Shown here one piece after another: positions 1 through 19,800 of a stretch of DNA of 64,000 bases (positions within the stretch are counted from its first letter, which is position 1; every line of letters begins with the position of its first letter). Origin of the DNA: the human T2T-CHM13v2.0 reference genome, Homo sapiens; the NCBI RefSeq assembly GCF_009914755.1, contig NC_060928.1; one strand, given 5' to 3'. Position numbers and translations under genes: made by a program. A model generated the notes under the pieces. The model was not told the origin of the DNA. It was given only the letters and a program-made list of their open reading frames with translations, and ran no database searches.

Positions 1-314
1 AATTTTAATCATTGATATATTGAAACATCATAGATTTTGGGACAGTGGATTAGTGAGTTTTTTCATAAGACAAAATTCAAAAAGATTAATGGATCTTTAC
101 TGAAATGAAATTCAAATACGAGTATTTGTCAGTTGCATAATATGCACTGCTATTTTAATGTTCCACAAAATTTTCCATTTTTACAGGCCATTACTGAGTC
201 TTATAATTTATTTAGACCTGTTCTGTTGTGTAGAGTGTCACATTTGTTTTCATTAGTAAGTATAAACACACTAGTTAAAAGTGAAATTGCTTATACCTGT
301 ACTGATAAGTGCCA

Positions 315-330
315 CCAGTAGAGGGCGGCA
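315..330 (+). promoter_or_regulatory. Candidate CTCF site
   Basis: CCAGTAGAGGGCGGCA fits the CCASYAGRKGGCRS core and is an isolated GC patch in AT-rich DNA. Confidence 0.45.
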
Positions 331-844
331 GTGAGGCACTAGAAAGAAGAACCAACTTTACTGTCAGAAATTGCAGAAAACCGTCAAGATGGGGGTTGAT
401 GTGAATGACGGCAAACATTTGTTGGTGTTGGCATCCTCATTAACACCCAGACTGGCTTATTTTATGGGCCAGAAGCTTTGACATAAACATTGTCACAGAA
501 TTTTCAGATAATCTGATAATGTACTTATAAAGCAAATTTTGTGGAAATTTCTGGTAAGACTGATGAGAATCAACATTAAGAGATATTCTAAAAATTTTAC
601 ATTATTTCAAAGAGACAAGAGTATGAATTAAAATTAAGCATGCTGTTCTTGTCACTTCAAGAGTGTAGGCAGAGAATTTAATACTTTAGAGATGACAAAA
701 GGCATCTTACCTTCTTTGAACACTACAGATATCCCTGAAATAAAAAGAAATATTTCCAACTTATCAACAGTAAGCAATGCACAGGATTAATCAACAAGAT
801 AGGTTACCCAGATTTAGCTTGCATCTGCTTTTATAAACATTTAA

Positions 845-1010
845 CAACAACAAATATTTTTTGAGCACCTACTATGTGCTAGGAGTTATTCAAGGTACTG
901 AGGTTATAGAAGGGAACAAAACAAACTCATTTCCTGCCTTCTTGGAGTTTAAATTATAGTGAGGAAGACAGATATTAAACAAAGCTGCATAATTAATTCA
1001 TTAGTTACAA
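845..1010 (-). mobile_element. L2 3' end fragment
   Basis: caaatattttttgagcacctactatgtgctagg. Confidence 0.6.
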
Positions 1011-2375
1011 TGGAGAAAAACAAAAAATAGGAAACAATCTACCACAGGGCCCCAGATCAATGAGTTTGGCCTCAAATCAAAAAGGGGAAATTAAGTGAAA
1101 TTGAAATAGGACTCAAGAACGAATTAAGTTCTTAATACCCATTTATGTCATTTATTTCCCTTAAAAATAAATAAAATAGATAAGGTAAAATTAACAGATT
1201 CATGGAAATAACATTACTAAAGAGTATTTGAGTAGCTGCTATACAGCAATAAAGTACTTTGCCAATGTAAAGTGTTGTTAAAATGCCCCATGCCTGCCTG
1301 AGCACCTAAACTTGATTAAAGTCTGTGTCAGTCATCAGCCCAGCCACAGCCACCCCTGAGAACCTGGACTTCCTGCTGACCGCAGTCACTTTCTACAAGG
1401 TCCCTCTGTGTCTTTGCTCTTGCTGTGCCCCACATCTCACCACATCTGTCTGATGTGCATCTCTTCACACTGCCATCCACCCCTGCTCCTCAGAGCCTAC
1501 CCCTTTCACTTCCACTGTCTGGAGTCCTACCCATCTTTCAATGTCCTAGTCGGTCTTCTAAGCAAAGCGTATCTTAACTAAACCTCCTTTCCCTGTATAA
1601 AAAATCATTATTTTTTTCCTCAAAGTGGTAAATTAAACTACAAATCACAATCATTCTTTGCCCATTCTTTGCTTGGAATTTTGCTATATCTGAGCAGATT
1701 CAGTCTTTTATTTCAGACCTATTTGCCTGTCATCTCTAGTAAACCCTGAGCCCTAAAATTCCAGAACTATGTCTAATTCATCCTTATATCACCTTACAGA
1801 TCCTGGCACATAGCAGGTATCCAGAAAATTTTGGTTAATTTGCATTATTGGTGCCACAAATCTTAATCTTTAACAATTTGATTTTTTTGAAAAGCATGGA
1901 ATTGGTAATACACAGGCTATACGTTTTGGACAACATAGAACACACAAAAAATAAATGTATGTCAAATAAAGTTGCCATTTTTGCCTTTATCCTATTTCAG
2001 TTAAGATGAATATTTAGGAAATTACATAAAATTTTACTCTGTGAGAGGCTCATCTAGGAGTGAGGCAATTCTTGGAAAATATTAAGTTTGTCAGAGTCTG
2101 TAATTTGCTTCTACGCTCCTTATAAGCTAATGAGCTAGCCTGTTATTTCATGGATTTTGGCAGACGGCATGAAACTCCTGAGACAGAGACAAAAGGTTTT
2201 AGTACCCATAGTACATCAAGCAGCATGAACATCATGCTGACATCTGCTCCTCATGTCCTCCAAGTCCCACTGGAGTAGTAGTGAGTGGGCCAGTGGATGC
2301 TGTGCATGCAGTCAGTGGGTTTGTCTCTATTGCAGCCAAGGAACACTGGGCTTAGGGAGCCCACTGCTTTTATAA

Positions 2376-3120
<745 letters not shown>

Positions 3121-5489
3121 TGATCTCTCATTCTTGACATACACTGCAAGAACTTGCAGAGATGCCCAGAGCTTGTGGTAGATTGTCTGTCCCAAAAATA
3201 TTCTGTGAAAGTAAGAATTGTAGTTACCCTGGAACATCAGAGGGGTTCAATAAATATTTGTTGAAGCAAATTGATTAATTAATGAGAAGAAGGAGAGTCA
3301 CTGAGGAACCAAAAAAAAGGGGGGGGGGGGCAAATAGAGTGAATCCCTTGAGGGAATAGTTTCAAATTTCAGACCTGATAAGGAGGAAAAATCAGAAGAA
3401 TAACAAAAGCTAAGACATTGTAGGCTACTTGGCTTTATAATAAAATATCTAAGCACATTACTTCATGGAAAATGAATCTAGGACTCACTATACAAAGTAA
3501 TCACTGATGAAGTTCAAATAATCTAAGGTAATGCACCTATCTCCCTAAATCAGCACTGCAGTAATCACAGCTCTTTATATATGCAGGCTTTTGGCACGTA
3601 CCAAATTTCTTTGAAAACTTTAGACACTATTCCCATTTACCAGCCATGATTTTTTTCCCCAAAATTGTAAATTGAACTACAAATCAAAGATCATATGAAT
3701 AAATATGGTCAGACTTAAACAGTTCCTTAGAAATGTATAGTTAAGCAAATGAAATATCGTATCCTCTCAAGATTCCCTTGCAGGGCAGGAATTAAGCTGA
3801 AATATTTTGTGATGGTATTAGAAGTGAGGGACTTGAGGTATATTTAGGTCATTCACATTCAAAGTCCAGACTGGTGAGTAGAGTTCACATTCACATTGAT
3901 AATTGTAAATACTCCTTCTCCGGACCACTGTGGCCCTCGTGTCCATAAAACTTACGGGGCAATCGTACGGCGTTTTGTTATCACACATCTCAACTTTTAG
4001 CCTCCCTGCCCCACTTTGTCCTGGATGCCTTCCAGTCTTCATGAGCCACTGCTGTAGTATCACTGCTCTCCATCTGCTGCTCTCATAATTGGAGATTGAT
4101 TGCCTCCAGGGTTCACAAATGTTTCAGGCAACCTTAAATGATTTGAGTTTTTAAGCAACCATGAATTTTTCAGGCACTCCAGGGAAGGCCTTGTTTTAAG
4201 ATTCATAATTCCCCTCTTCTCTTCTGTCCCTTCTACCCTCCCAAAGGATTTCACCCAGGCTTCCCTAAGGCCCTGAGTGAGAGGCTGTGTGAGCGAGCAG
4301 TGCCTTACTCAAAGCCTCCCCTCACACTCAAACTGGTGTCTCTGGCTGAGCCATCAAAGCCTTTCCTACCTCAGCATGAGTGCCTGGCCTTCCTAGGGCT
4401 CTTTCCCCTTTCCTCAAGTTTATGGAAACCATCATCCCTTTATCTTTGAAAGTCTTTGCAGTAGAGATGATCATCATTTCTTTCACCAGTCAGTTTTTCC
4501 TTCCCAACATCCCATTTTTACATAATTTATTTTTCCTTGACTTGAGATTGTCCATGCAAACCTCCCTGCTACAAGCCCCTTTGCTGTACACCTGATTAAA
4601 TGCTGGAAGGAACAAGCCATGCGTTGTGCTAAGATTTTATCTTTAAACTAAGGACGCTGCAACTGAGTTAGTTTCTGTTAAATGCTTGAGTCGAGGGGTC
4701 ATGCAAAGCCATCATAAATAGGTCAGATAAAGATGGTCTACAGAGAGAAATGAAGCAGACTTTTTCTGTTTCATTTACATCTGTAGGTACTCTTGCCCCA
4801 CCTACCTAGCATGGTGCCTGACACATAGTAGGCATTCAAGTCTTAATGGAATGAATAAATCATACTGTGGAGAGAGAGAAAGAAAGGGAGGCAGGCTTCC
4901 ACTAACAGCTTTCCATTTCCTTGTTCTAATCCCACATGAGGACTGTCTGCATTTCCCATCCTCATGTCCATCAATACATTCCCCTTTATGCCAAAACTAG
5001 TTTGGGTGTCTTTAATTTCCTAATGGTCTTCTTAAAAAGCAACCTCCGAAGAAAAATGTGACAGAACTCCAACTTGAGGATGCTTTTGCAGAGCAGGCCT
5101 TAGCCCCTATGTGTACGTAAATCTAGGCATTGTTGATTGAACAGGGATTCATTTAGAGCCCATAGGGAGGACTCCAAATGAATAGAGGTCTGATCAGGAG
5201 GCATTTGCCAAGTTAAGCTCCAGGAAGAGGAAGAGTGGGTTACAGTTTCACCTTGGACTTCTGGAATGCTGCTGGACTAACGTGGTGGTGCAGGAGGCTT
5301 CTCTGCATTTCTGCCTGTACCCTCAGTCACTGTGCAGTAGATCAAGAAGGGTCATTCTTTCCTACTCAGTGAAGCAGTAGGGAGACGGCCCCTGCCCAGG
5401 AGAGTATATTTCAAAGTGAGGGGGAGAGGGTAGTTGAAAAGCCATAGACAGTCATTCTAGGTTTGAAATATAGAAAAATAAAATATTCA

Positions 5490-5720
5490 GAGACAGTGTG
5501 GTGAATTTGTTCACAGTGCAGGTTTGAAGGGAGACAGATCTGCATTCCAACACCAACTCTGCAACTTACTGACAAGCTCTGTGATCTTTAATAAACTGCA
5601 TCACCTCTTGTAGCCTCAGATTTCTCATCCACAAAATGAGAATAACAAGACTTCATAAATTTGGCATAAGTAATAAACATATGTAAGTTGATAGCAAGCT
5701 AAGTGTTCAGTAAATGGTGG
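5490..5720 (+). mobile_element. MIR
   Basis: MIR core (tgtgatcttta...gcctcagatttctcatccacaaaatgagaataa). Confidence 0.6.
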
Positions 5721-5774
5721 GTACTGTTAGGATTGTTAGTGCTTTTGTAATAAAAACATTAGTGAAAAGTGTTT

Positions 5775-6088
5775 TCTGTTTTGATTTTTGAAGAGACAGG
5801 GTTTCATTCACTCTGTCACCCAGGCTAGAGTGTGGCAGTGTTATCATAGCTCACTATAACCTTGAACTCCTAGGCTTAAGGGATCCCCCCGACCTCAGCC
5901 TCTGGACTAGCCAGGACTACAGGCGTGCACAACCGAGCCCTGATAATTTTTAAAAATTTTTTTTGTAGAGATGGGGTCTCTACAAACAATGTTGTCTAGG
6001 CTGGTCTCGAATTCCTGGCATCAGGTGATCCTCCTGCCTTGGCCTCCCAAAGCACTGGGATTACAGCTGTGAGCCACCAGGCCCAGCC
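5775..6088 (-). mobile_element. AluJ-type
   Basis: Reverse Alu dimer flanked by aaaagtgt on both sides. Confidence 0.88.
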
Positions 6089-8729
6089 AAAAGTGTGATA
6101 CTTTTATGTTAACAAAAAAGAGTGAATTTTTCTAACAAGTTAAGAAATATGGCACTAAAACATATACTTAATAGCTCTTTTTCACTATTACCTTTTAACC
6201 CTCAATCCCTGAGTGGTAATGTAAAAGAAGAGTGCAGTCAATATCTAACAAGACAGTAGTTACGCAGTAATAGTCATCAGTTGTGGCATCAATCAAGAAT
6301 TAGTAGTATCAACTCCCTGAATAGGAGGCACACGTGAATTCTCATATACAATCTTCTGAAGACCTTAAAAGCAATTTGTAAATGATATGACCTGTAGATG
6401 GCGAACTTGGATAGGGGGAATATTAAGCAATGACTAAAAAAGAAAGCAGTGGTTTTTGTTTTGTTGATGACAGGACTTAGTAAAGTCGATACATTAATAA
6501 GTTCTCTTTATGACCACAGGCCCAAAGATTCTTAGCTGACACACCAGGTTCCTTCTGTCTGTGGGCAAGAGCCCACTCGCGGTCATGCCCACTGTTGTGG
6601 GACTAGACTGCATTAGCTGCTGGTAGAAACGTTTTGGCTCTGTTCGCACTGGCTGCTAGTCACTGATACAAGAGCAAGAAGTATCAAATGGGGAAGGTAA
6701 ATAGCTTTCCTGGAAGTCTCTTGGCAGGGTACAGAAATGCATACGTAACACTACTTAATTATCTGACTACATCCTACATGTCCAAAGTATCCACATCTTT
6801 TGATTTAGATAAATAGTTATACTCTCCCTTGCTGCTTGTTGCCATTGTTGAGTATTTGTTCTTCACACTGTCCAAGGCAATCCTTTAGGGACCAATTACC
6901 ATCCTTTATTGACATCATTTCACTGGCTGACAGAGACTTCTGGAGTGCCACACTGGGCATTCAGGACTCCTAAGAAAGCTCTTTAATACTTTTGTGTAAT
7001 CTCTATGCCTTACATGAGAAATATGAATCTTTTTTCCTTAAAATTCTACTTTGGAGGACTAGTTTTACTGTCCCGGGTCACAATTGCATATATGTGGATT
7101 TGTGGGAAAATTAGTGTGACTTCCAAAACTGTGCCTGCTCATGCAGTGGCCTGGGATGTTTTGTTGATTCTTTCAGCTGTGAAACAGCCCAACATCCCAC
7201 CCAACATGATAGATTGATGACCTTGTACTACATTATAAAGCAGGGTCATTATCCCCAGAGAGCCTCGCAGCTTGTGGGTCAGGTGAAGGGACGTCACTAG
7301 GCTTCCACAGTGCCTCTGCTCCGTCATTTATCACAAGGCTGTAATCATTTTCTACACATTGGCCTCCCCACAAATGTGTGCTTCTAGAGTCCAGAAACTG
7401 TGCCGTTTTCATCCCTTTACCCTTCACATTGTGAAGCACTGGCATATAGTAGGTACCTATGAAAATGTTGAATGAATGAAAGAATAAATATACATGCTTG
7501 GGAAGAACAAGAAGGCAGGAAGGAGGAAAAATCAGTTTAGGGGAGAAAAAGAGGAAAATAATCCAAGCACTTACGGAGAATTGTACCCATATTAGACAAA
7601 CATTATTCCTAAACAATAGAAAAAGAGAAAAGCTGAGTAGATTGTGTATAGTCCAATCCATTTATTTTTACCAATCAAACTCTGAAGAGACTGACTTATA
7701 ACTGAAATGCTAGTTCACTGTTACCAGTGAAGAACACGTCTTTCTAGAAACTACAATGTTTGTGTTCACTGAGAACATTACCCCTGCCCAGACCCACGTA
7801 TTTCACTTCTTTATTTCAAAACAAAGAAAGCCCTTGGCTCTCAGGATGAGGCCATTTTGGTTTTGGGGTAGCTTGTAAAAGCCATGAGGTTCCAGTTAAC
7901 CTAAAATATGAAAGTATAAAAGTTATCAGAGAATTCAGAAATTATAAGATGTTATCTAAGGGTTGATTTGGATTTAAAGGCACCCATTAGTAGAAGGCAG
8001 ACTTTAGGGGATGGGAGTGAGGAACAATCAGAAATAGGCTCTGGAAGACAGTCCAAATAAGAGCAGGAATCCATTACCCCATGGCACTGCTCATGAGGTT
8101 GACAATGGGCCATCTGACGTGAAATCACAGCAATGGTCAAGGACATGAAGACACACACAAGGGTGGGAGGGGTATAGGCCTGTCATGTCTGTACATGGTA
8201 AGTACTCAATAAATACTGGTCGAATGAACAGGCTACTGTGTGACAGAGTTGCTAAGGGGAAGCCACAAACTACTTCACTAAAGGCGCAGTTTATTTACTT
8301 ACTTACGTATTTACTTAAGTACATATGAAAAGGAATTGAAGTGACATGCACTACTAAAATGTACCAAAATCCAATGTAAGCAAAAGTTAAATTGAAAAAC
8401 GCTGATTAGAAACCATTTAGAATAAATGAAGAGAGCAGCTTGGGTCCTGGAAACCTGTGTTGAATGAATCATAAAGTAGAGCTTACAGAAAGTTCTGAGC
8501 TTCCAGACAACCAAGTCAAAAGAGGAACAAGCTGGATTTGTACATCTTTCATTAGTTAGTAAAGGGGTGTGTATAAGTTCCTCTGTAAATGCAGACTTAT
8601 TTTTGGAACTTAATTCCAAGAAGAATTTATTGCATGGACACTTAAATAAGAGAAAGGAGACATTTGGCAACAGTTTTATAAAAGTACCTACATGTCATTT
8701 ACAGCCTAAGCTATAAAGGTAATCACCAC

Positions 8730-13320
<4,591 letters not shown>

Positions 13321-13321
13321 A

Positions 13322-13638
<317 letters not shown>

Positions 13639-15755
13639 TCAGGGAAATGCAGTCATTTGCTTTTGGGCACTTATTGTGATTCTAATCATTGAGCTGTAGT
13701 CTTTTCTAAAGAACAAGGTAAGCCAGATGATCAAGGTTCTTTTCATTTTGCAAAAGGTAGATATGAATGCCTTTGTGGGAGGATGGTTGGATTCCTGTCC
13801 TCTTGTAGTATTGGATGTTCTTAGCAGGAAGTAGAAGCTGGAGCCATCTTGGGATAGAAATGAACAAGCTCACTGGAATCCTGTTTGAGGGAATGTGGCA
13901 GGACAGGGACTAATATCTGTGTGGGGTGAGTTTCTGAGTACCAGCTTTGAGAGAGCTGCATAATGGATATAATATATTCAAGCCACATAATCTGGAGGCA
14001 AAAAATATAACTCTTTATATTTTTCAATGACAGTATAATCTCTATCTCAAAATGCCATTTCATCTGAATAAGGGAAAGCTTGACCTAGTTAAATCTAGGC
14101 AGATTCCAGTAATAAAGGGTCTTCCTCATTAATTCTTGGCTTTCTTGGACTTCTCCTGAGGAGGACAGGTGCAGGGCTTTCACAGAGGGATCACAGTTCA
14201 ACAGCTCTGATTCATCCCTTGCGTTCTTGGGATTTTTATTCAATCTGAATGGATATGGGAAGTGCTTATTTTTTATAGCATGTAAGTTCTCTGTCATGAA
14301 TCTTTCATGGGGCTTTGCATTCTGAAAAAATAAATGAACGTAAAACCAACCAACCAACCAACCAACCAATCCATGCCCTTGGCTGGAGTCTACCTCTCAA
14401 AACGATTAAATCTACTTTTGTTTACTGCTATATCCCTAGTACCTACAATAATGTCTGGCACATAGTAGGTACCCAATAAATATTTGTTGACTATCTGAAT
14501 GAATGAGTGAACAGGGGAATGAATCAAAGTGTAGGTTTTCACTTGCTCTTTTCAGACCTAGTGATCCCAGCAGAAAAGTAATCAAATGAGCAGCCACACA
14601 CAGTGGAGATAGGTGAGGAAGTACCCTGGGCAATGGAAAGTAGATTCATTAAAATAATGGGTAAAATGAGATTCAGACAGATGTCACTTAGTGTTAAATC
14701 CAGGGAAGACAGACCTACAGAAACTACATTTGGAAATATTAATTTTCCTGTTGAAAAAAAAAGTTTTAACTGTAAGCAAGTTGCTCAATCTCTTTGGGCC
14801 ATTTGCCTCTTTTGTAAATAGAGATGACCAAAAATTAATGAATGAAATTTAGCTGAATATAATTTTTAGCATCTTTATGGAAGATGCTAAAATTCACATA
14901 TCATAAAATTTAACCATTTTAAGGGTATAATTAAAGTTTTCTTCCCTCTTAAATAGCTTGAATCCATTTCTTATTAAATATGTACTTGGCAGTTAATATT
15001 TTGGAGCTATGGATGGGCAACAACAGCGTCTTCTATAGTTATCTTTTTTGTTCATGGTCTTGGTCAGGTATTAATAATAGTGTTATGCTGGCCTTATAAA
15101 ATGAACTAGGAATGTCTTTTATATTTTTCTATTAGCTATATAATCTAAATATCCTAGAAATTACACATTTCCAAAGAATTTGGTGGAACTAGACTACAAC
15201 CACATCTGAATCTGGTACCATTCTTGGAAATAATAGGCAAATTTTTCCACTTATTCTTAACTAGAAATTTTTTTTTTCTTCAACCAGTCTTAATCATCTA
15301 TTAAAAATTGTTCTAGAAAATGTAGTTCATATAAGTTTTCATGTTTTAAAATTGGATTTGTACATCATAGTTTATTATACTTCTAAAGTCTTAATCATAA
15401 TACTGTTTTTATTCCTTTTCCCATTCTGAAAAGAGTCCTTTTTTTATTAGATTTTCCTGAAAGCCACTTTACTGACTTTTTAAACAACAAGATTTTTAAA
15501 TTTATCTACTTTTTATAAATCATTATTTAAAAAATATATATGTTTATGCATTCCCCCAACTTCCCAAGTTTTAGTTTGTCTCTCTTTTTACTTCTTTGAA
15601 ATAAAAGCACATTTTATACTTCTTCGCTTTTATTATTAAAGATTATAAAGCTATAAATTTTCATCTAAACATAGTTTTGGTGGCATTAAGTCTGGAAATG
15701 TATTGGAAAATGACAATAAGATGGTTTCTGAGTGCTATTGGAACTTCCAAGTGTT

Positions 15756-16080
15756 GGGCTGGGTGCAGTGACTCAAACTTGTAAGCCCAGCATTTTGGGA
15801 GGCTGAGGCAAGAGAATTGCTTGAGGTCAGGACTTTGAGACAGCCTGGGCAACAGTAGTGAGACTCCATCTCTACAAAAAAAATTTTAAAAATAAAAATG
15901 AGCCAGGCATGGTGGCATATGCCTGTAGTCCTAGCTACTTGAGAGGCTGAAGTGGGAGGATCATTTGAGCCAGGAGTTAGAGGCCACAGTGAGCTACAAT
16001 CATGCCACTCCATTCCAGCCTAGGCAACAGAGTAAGACTGTGTTTTTAGAAAGAAAAGGAAAGGAAAGGAAAGAAAGAAA
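15756..16080 (+). mobile_element. AluJ-type
   Basis: Full dimer with (GAAAG)n tail and TSD ttccaagtg. Confidence 0.88.
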
Positions 16081-16304
16081 TTTCCAAGTGGCTCAATAAA
16101 AAAATTTAATTTTAAATTAATAATTTAGAGCTTTTATGAGTTGTGGTCAAATAATTTTTTCCTTTTGAGGATTTGTGAAGCATCTCTTAAGCCTACTATA
16201 CTGTGAATTTTCAGAGATGTTCAGTAATAAGTTTAAATATATGTTTATTTTGCATAAAAGCCGAATGGTTTGCTAATAACTTTTTAAATAATTTTGATTA
16301 ATAA

Positions 16305-16609
<305 letters not shown>

Positions 16610-16723
16610 GTCATTTTAATTTTTAAGTGTATTCATTCTCAATGTTTTTTCCCCTAGGAAAACTGTTTTTGAGTAAAATATCTTGAATAATTGTAAATCT
16701 ACCCAAAAAGCATAGAGTTTTTT

Positions 16724-16897
16724 TCTATACTTTTTTTCTACCTTGTTTAAATTAGAAAGTGATACTAAACAGACAATCAGAAAAAATGTATATAAGGGAT
16801 AAGAGGAAAAGTCTATACTTTTTTTACCTTGTTTAAATTAGAAAGTGATACTAAACAGACAATCGAAAAAAATATATGTAACGGATAAGAGGAAAAG
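16724..16897. repeat. Direct tandem duplication, 2 x ~87 bp
   Basis: tctatactttttt..taccttgtttaaattagaaagtgatactaaacagacaatc..gaaaaaa..ggataagaggaaaag occurs twice head-to-tail. Confidence 0.9.
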
Positions 16898-19800
16898 CCT
16901 ACAGAAAAGATGCTTAATAAGTTTCAAAGTGGTGCAGGCATAGAAAAATGCATACCACTTGGGAAAGGTATTTGCTAGTGTCTGGAAGGCTGCAAATAAA
17001 GTCATAAGGTCTTTCAGAGTATGTTTTACCTTGGAAGTGAGTGGAATGTAAGAACAAGCAGAGAATTACATTAACTATAAATAAATTTCAGCGTGAATAT
17101 AGATATTGCCAGCATTAAAGGAAGATGGCATGACAACTACTAGCAAAGTTTTCATTTAATTTCTGAAAGTGCCAAAGTGGTTCACAGGAACAGAGATACA
17201 ATTATAACTGGTCACCTACCTCATGGTCACCTCAGGAGAGCAGGCAAAAACTACCTGCTACGTAGTGGGCAAACCCATTTAACACCAAACTCAGAGTTCC
17301 TTCCACTGTGCTGTAAAGCCTCTCTAGCATATGCTTGTGAAGAAAATGGCTACTTTAAATAAGAAGCACTACTGAGAAATGTTCTTTACTCTGCATGCAT
17401 CTTCAAAAATATTTGAAATTACCCACAATGAGAGACACAGGTGTGTCCAGAACTCTTAAGTCAAGGGTAAAGAAGATGGACCAAATAATGAAAGGTGTGG
17501 GTTAGACAGTTTGTACAAGGTTATCCAAATGAGGGACAACCCTGGATCTGAGCACAAATCCTGGCTCTGAGTTTCCTGGGAGTAAAAGCAAAAAGGGATA
17601 ATATGATGAGGTTCCGGTGTCCATAATCAAATAAGAAGAAATATATTTCTTTGGCATAAAAATCAAAATGTCTCTTGCTTTGATATCATAGGACAATTTA
17701 CTATGTGGGGCTTTAAGTAAAATAACATTAGATAGTGTAACAGACATCTTCAATAGCAATTTTTACACAATAATTATTTTCAATATTACGAATAATTTAT
17801 AAACCAATTATTTGTTTATAGATTAGTTAACTACAAGATAAGAAAAACAAAATCAGTCTTCTTTATAACACTTTTCTTTTAAAAAAAAATTTAAACATTA
17901 TTAAAGGAATGTCATCAGTAGAATATAGACTTCACTAATTTTCCTTTGTTTTAACTAAAAAAATACATTTTCTGCAATGTTGTATAATTTTTAGTTTGCC
18001 ATACTTTGTTGAAATTGAATCACTGCATCATCTATTGGCAGCTCAGTTGGATATAGTCAGCTGAGTTGTCTTTGTCTATGAAAAAGTGAGCTACCTAGAA
18101 ATTACTGCATCTAAATGTTTAATGCTGCCCTGCAAAACTGTGACATCACTGAATCTCTTTCTCTTGATTATCCAGGATCAGATTCCCTAGACAGAAGGTG
18201 TGGTTAGCACTTGATCCTAATCAAAGGACCAAAAATACTTGGTTATAGTTCATTTTAATCTTAGTTGAAAAGATTGTGGATAGACACTTAGGAAAAAGTG
18301 AAATCAGCATAATATCGTCTCTTCAAGTGCAGTCCAGCTTTCAGAATGGTAACTTGGATTTCGGCCTCCTTGTAATTCTCCCTGATGAAAACAGAAGGAT
18401 TTCACAGCACAGAAAGCAGTGGTTTATGAGTCTGGGTATGGACAGACACACAAGAGAACTCTGTTCATCGTCTTCAAAGTGATGCAGCGATGGCAAGACT
18501 GCTGCTGTGGCCACATGTAATATAGCCTGTAGCTCTTTAAAGAGGATTAGCCTTAGTGCGCTGGGAGCATTCAATGCTGGATTTCATGTAGAGCAGAATA
18601 TGCTAATGAAATGTAAATGTCTACGGCAAACATTGCGTAATATAGAAAACCTTCAAAACTGAGCTTTGTCTCTTGCACGGTGGGAAACCAAACTTTATTA
18701 CATCAGAAAAAAGTAAAAAAGAAATAACCTTATACTTTTCTGTCCTATGTATCTGCTTCTAAAAAAAAGTGAAGTTAAATGCATACACATACGTATTTAT
18801 ACTTAAATTAAATTTCAATGTTATTAGAAAAAGTAATTTCAGTCACTCAAAAATCTCTTACTAGATCTATGCCCTTGGGTGGATGTAAAATCATTTATCT
18901 CTGAAGAAAAAAATACACATAATATGGATTTTCTTAAACACTGTTATTAAGATTACAAAGGGCTTACAGAGTAGATTCCCCCCTCAACCCTTTTCACCTG
19001 AAAATTTCTTATTTGTGATTTCCACTTTGTGCGTGAGCAATGTCCTTCTACTCAATGTTGGGAAATGCTACATCTTCATAATTTTCCACATAGTGCTTTT
19101 ACTACTTCATAGGAAGTCGGTATGAGATTTGATCAGTTTTTTAAAACTGCACATGCACTTAGTTAAGATATCAAAGTTATTTTCATTTTAGTATTAGAAT
19201 TTCAGAACGCATTTGGTATTAGGAAAGTGAATTCACTGTAAGATGTGTGATTTGCAGTCCATGTAATGATGTGTAGCATCTTTGAATTCACGCACGTGGT
19301 TCCCAAAGATTGAAAGCCCCCTAAAGATTTTATCTCAATTGCTGGGAAATAAAGATCCCAGCAAACACATGGAACTGGGTGCTTAGTTACTAGCATTTCC
19401 CTACACTCAACCAAGTAGCTTAGGTTCTCTTGGTTTTTGTTGGTCGGTGGTGTGTGTGTCTGTGTGCGTGTGTGTTTTATATCTCAGTTTTGAAGGGTTT
19501 GTCTCTGTAGACATAGAGGGATGGTAATACATATTCATGAAAGCGTGTTCTTTCCAGTCCCTGTTAACACTGACAAAGCCTTAGCTGTTTCACACAGCAA
19601 GCTGACTGGGATTGTGTGTGGGGGCTGCATGGCCAGATTAGTGCAAACAGCAAGCCCACTCTGCTGCTCGTTAGGCCTTGCCTTCCTGACAATTTCCCCA
19701 ATTGTCGCTTGTGACAAGGCTGTCATTAGGTGATGGCTTCTTTTGGCCATTTTCAGATAAAGATAATTTCCTTAACTTCCATTTTATTTGACAACAGGCA

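Noticed and set aside
1095-1107. ISRE/IRF-like GAAANNGAAA motifs here and elsewhere
   Set aside because: Too frequent by chance in AT-rich DNA to support without data.
16724-16897. CRISPR-like repeat array
   Set aside because: Only two contiguous units, no spacers, eukaryotic context.
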